Both the position numbers and the translations under genes were made by a program. From Massalongia carnosa (lineage: Eukaryota): a stretch of 64,000 nt of DNA. The DNA lies in the NCBI GenBank assembly GCA_965645245.1, contig OZ287067.1, positions 2,108,001 to 2,172,000 on the forward strand, read 5' to 3'. The notes under the pieces are model-generated. The model made no database searches and was not told where the DNA came from. It saw only the letters and a program-made list of their open reading frames with translations. This document shows positions 62,559 to 64,000 of this stretch, in pieces; the first letter of the stretch is position 1; the number at the start of each line of letters is the position of its first letter.

Positions 62559-63420
62559 CTATGCCCCCCCTCCGCCCAAACCGCTGGCCTGGCGCCCCAA
62601 TTGCCCCCAAAACTCCTCTCTCTCTCTCAGCAGCTCCGTGCACCAAGCTTTCACTTCCGGCAGCCGAATCCGCTTCACTACCCCAGTGAACTCCCCCAGG
62701 TCGAGTCTTCCCTCGTGGCTCCGCTCATATTCCATCATCTGCAGCACCAGCTCGATCTTGTCCACATCGTGTACGAACACTGCCTCCAGCGTTTGCGAAT
62801 CCTCATACTCCTGCCACACTTCGCGGATGCCCTGCCCTTGCTCGAACCCCCCACTCGACCGGCCCAGTAGCGTTCCGGTCAGGAAATCCATAGTTTCGGA
62901 TTCCCGGCTGTGCTTCTCGGCTACAGGAACGCCGTCAACGGGTGTAATGTCGCCGACAAGAGCCTCTGCCATGTCGTGCACGAGAGCCATTTTCATGCAA
63001 CGGGAGAGGCTTAAGCGGGAAGATAGGGAGGGCGGGGCTAGCATGGTAATTATGGACATGCGGTACATATGGTCTGAGATTGATTCCCCGGCGGAGATGC
63101 CGAAGCGGCGCCATCCCTCTCGTTTGGTTGTTTTGAGCCGTTCAATAAGATGTAGGAAAGGGAGTGTGGAGGTGGGGTTTTTAGGGGGGGGGAAGGGTAG
63201 GGAGGCGAGTACTATGATTGTTTGTCAGCCTATTGAGTGGAGACAACTGTTTCATGGGTGTCGAAAATGAAATGGGGGAGTAGAGTTCAGTACCTGTTTT
63301 CAGCGACCATGGATCTATGTTTGCCGATACTACAGCAGGTGGTGTAGATGAAGCTGCTTCATTAGACTGCGTATTGGACACATGCAATGAATCAGTTGTA
63401 TTTGATGGTGGATGTGACAT
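62559..63420 (-). CDS. HD-domain 5'-deoxynucleotidase (HDDC2/Ygk1-like)
   Basis: LKTTKREGWRR, ESISDHMYRM, MALVHDMAEALVGDITP and VHDVDKIELVLQMMEYE. Confidence 0.9.
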
Positions 63421-64000
63421 CTGCAGGATGTTTTTGAGGATATTTAACCTGTAGTGACTGAGAATGGAGACGGTGAGGCAGGGTATGGGGGTTAAATTGA
63501 TCTTATTATTTGCGTTTGCTCAATTTGGTCAGTACAGTTAGTGGTAGCCCGGATTTAGAACAAAGAAACGCTCGTGGAAATGAATGTTTGCTAATCTAGA
63601 GACACGCAATGTACTCTATATGCGCGTATCCCTGTGTTATCCACTACAAGAGTACCTTATCCTCGTCTATCGATAGGGATATTCTATAAGCGCTTATCCG
63701 TGTATCATTAGCCGCCGTGCCGCCGTATTTGTTTCACACTAGTCGCTCGGTCTAAATACGTCAAGGTAATCTATAACCTCCGTATCTGCTCTGTACGGAG
63801 TACGGAGTATAGAGTACGGAAAAAAAATGCGCAAACCTTCAATTGTAGTTCTTATGCCCCTGAATCTTGCTTAAAATCTCCTCCTTTGCAACAGAATCTC
63901 GAGCATCCCATGATGCGTCTGATTGTTGATTGCCAGCATGACCAAACCAGATGTACCTGCATTGTCAATCTATTCCAAGTCGCAAGCTTCAATTTTCGTC

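Noticed and set aside
1..64000. CRISPR arrays, rRNA genes, riboswitches, secondary-metabolite backbone genes
   Set aside because: None seen: no repeat-spacer arrays and no PKS/NRPS motifs.

Overview
Eukaryotic DNA from a filamentous ascomycete (Pezizomycotina; short GT-AG introns with CTAAC-type branch points). The window is mostly conserved housekeeping genes: SNU71-like, MRP21, nitronate monooxygenase, FOL1, GLO3, TIM21, a SUR7/PalI protein, mannitol-1-P dehydrogenase, enoyl-CoA hydratase, YCH1, NOG1, URA5, MET13, RRP8, DDI1, a GNAT and an HD-domain nucleotidase. Two complete but inactivated DNA transposons are inserted among them: a Fot1/pogo element with ~235-bp TIRs and a piggyBac-like element without TTAA flanks. 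An accessory island at ~54-62 kb holds transposon remnants and a HeLo/SesA-like pseudogene. It also holds the best candidate for an undescribed system: an intact head-to-head pair of a PD-(D/E)XK-type nuclease-like gene and a tail-less, divergent casein kinase 1 paralogue, separated by 307 bp that contain a near-perfect 33-bp inverted repeat. All family assignments come from motif recognition by eye; no database searches were run.
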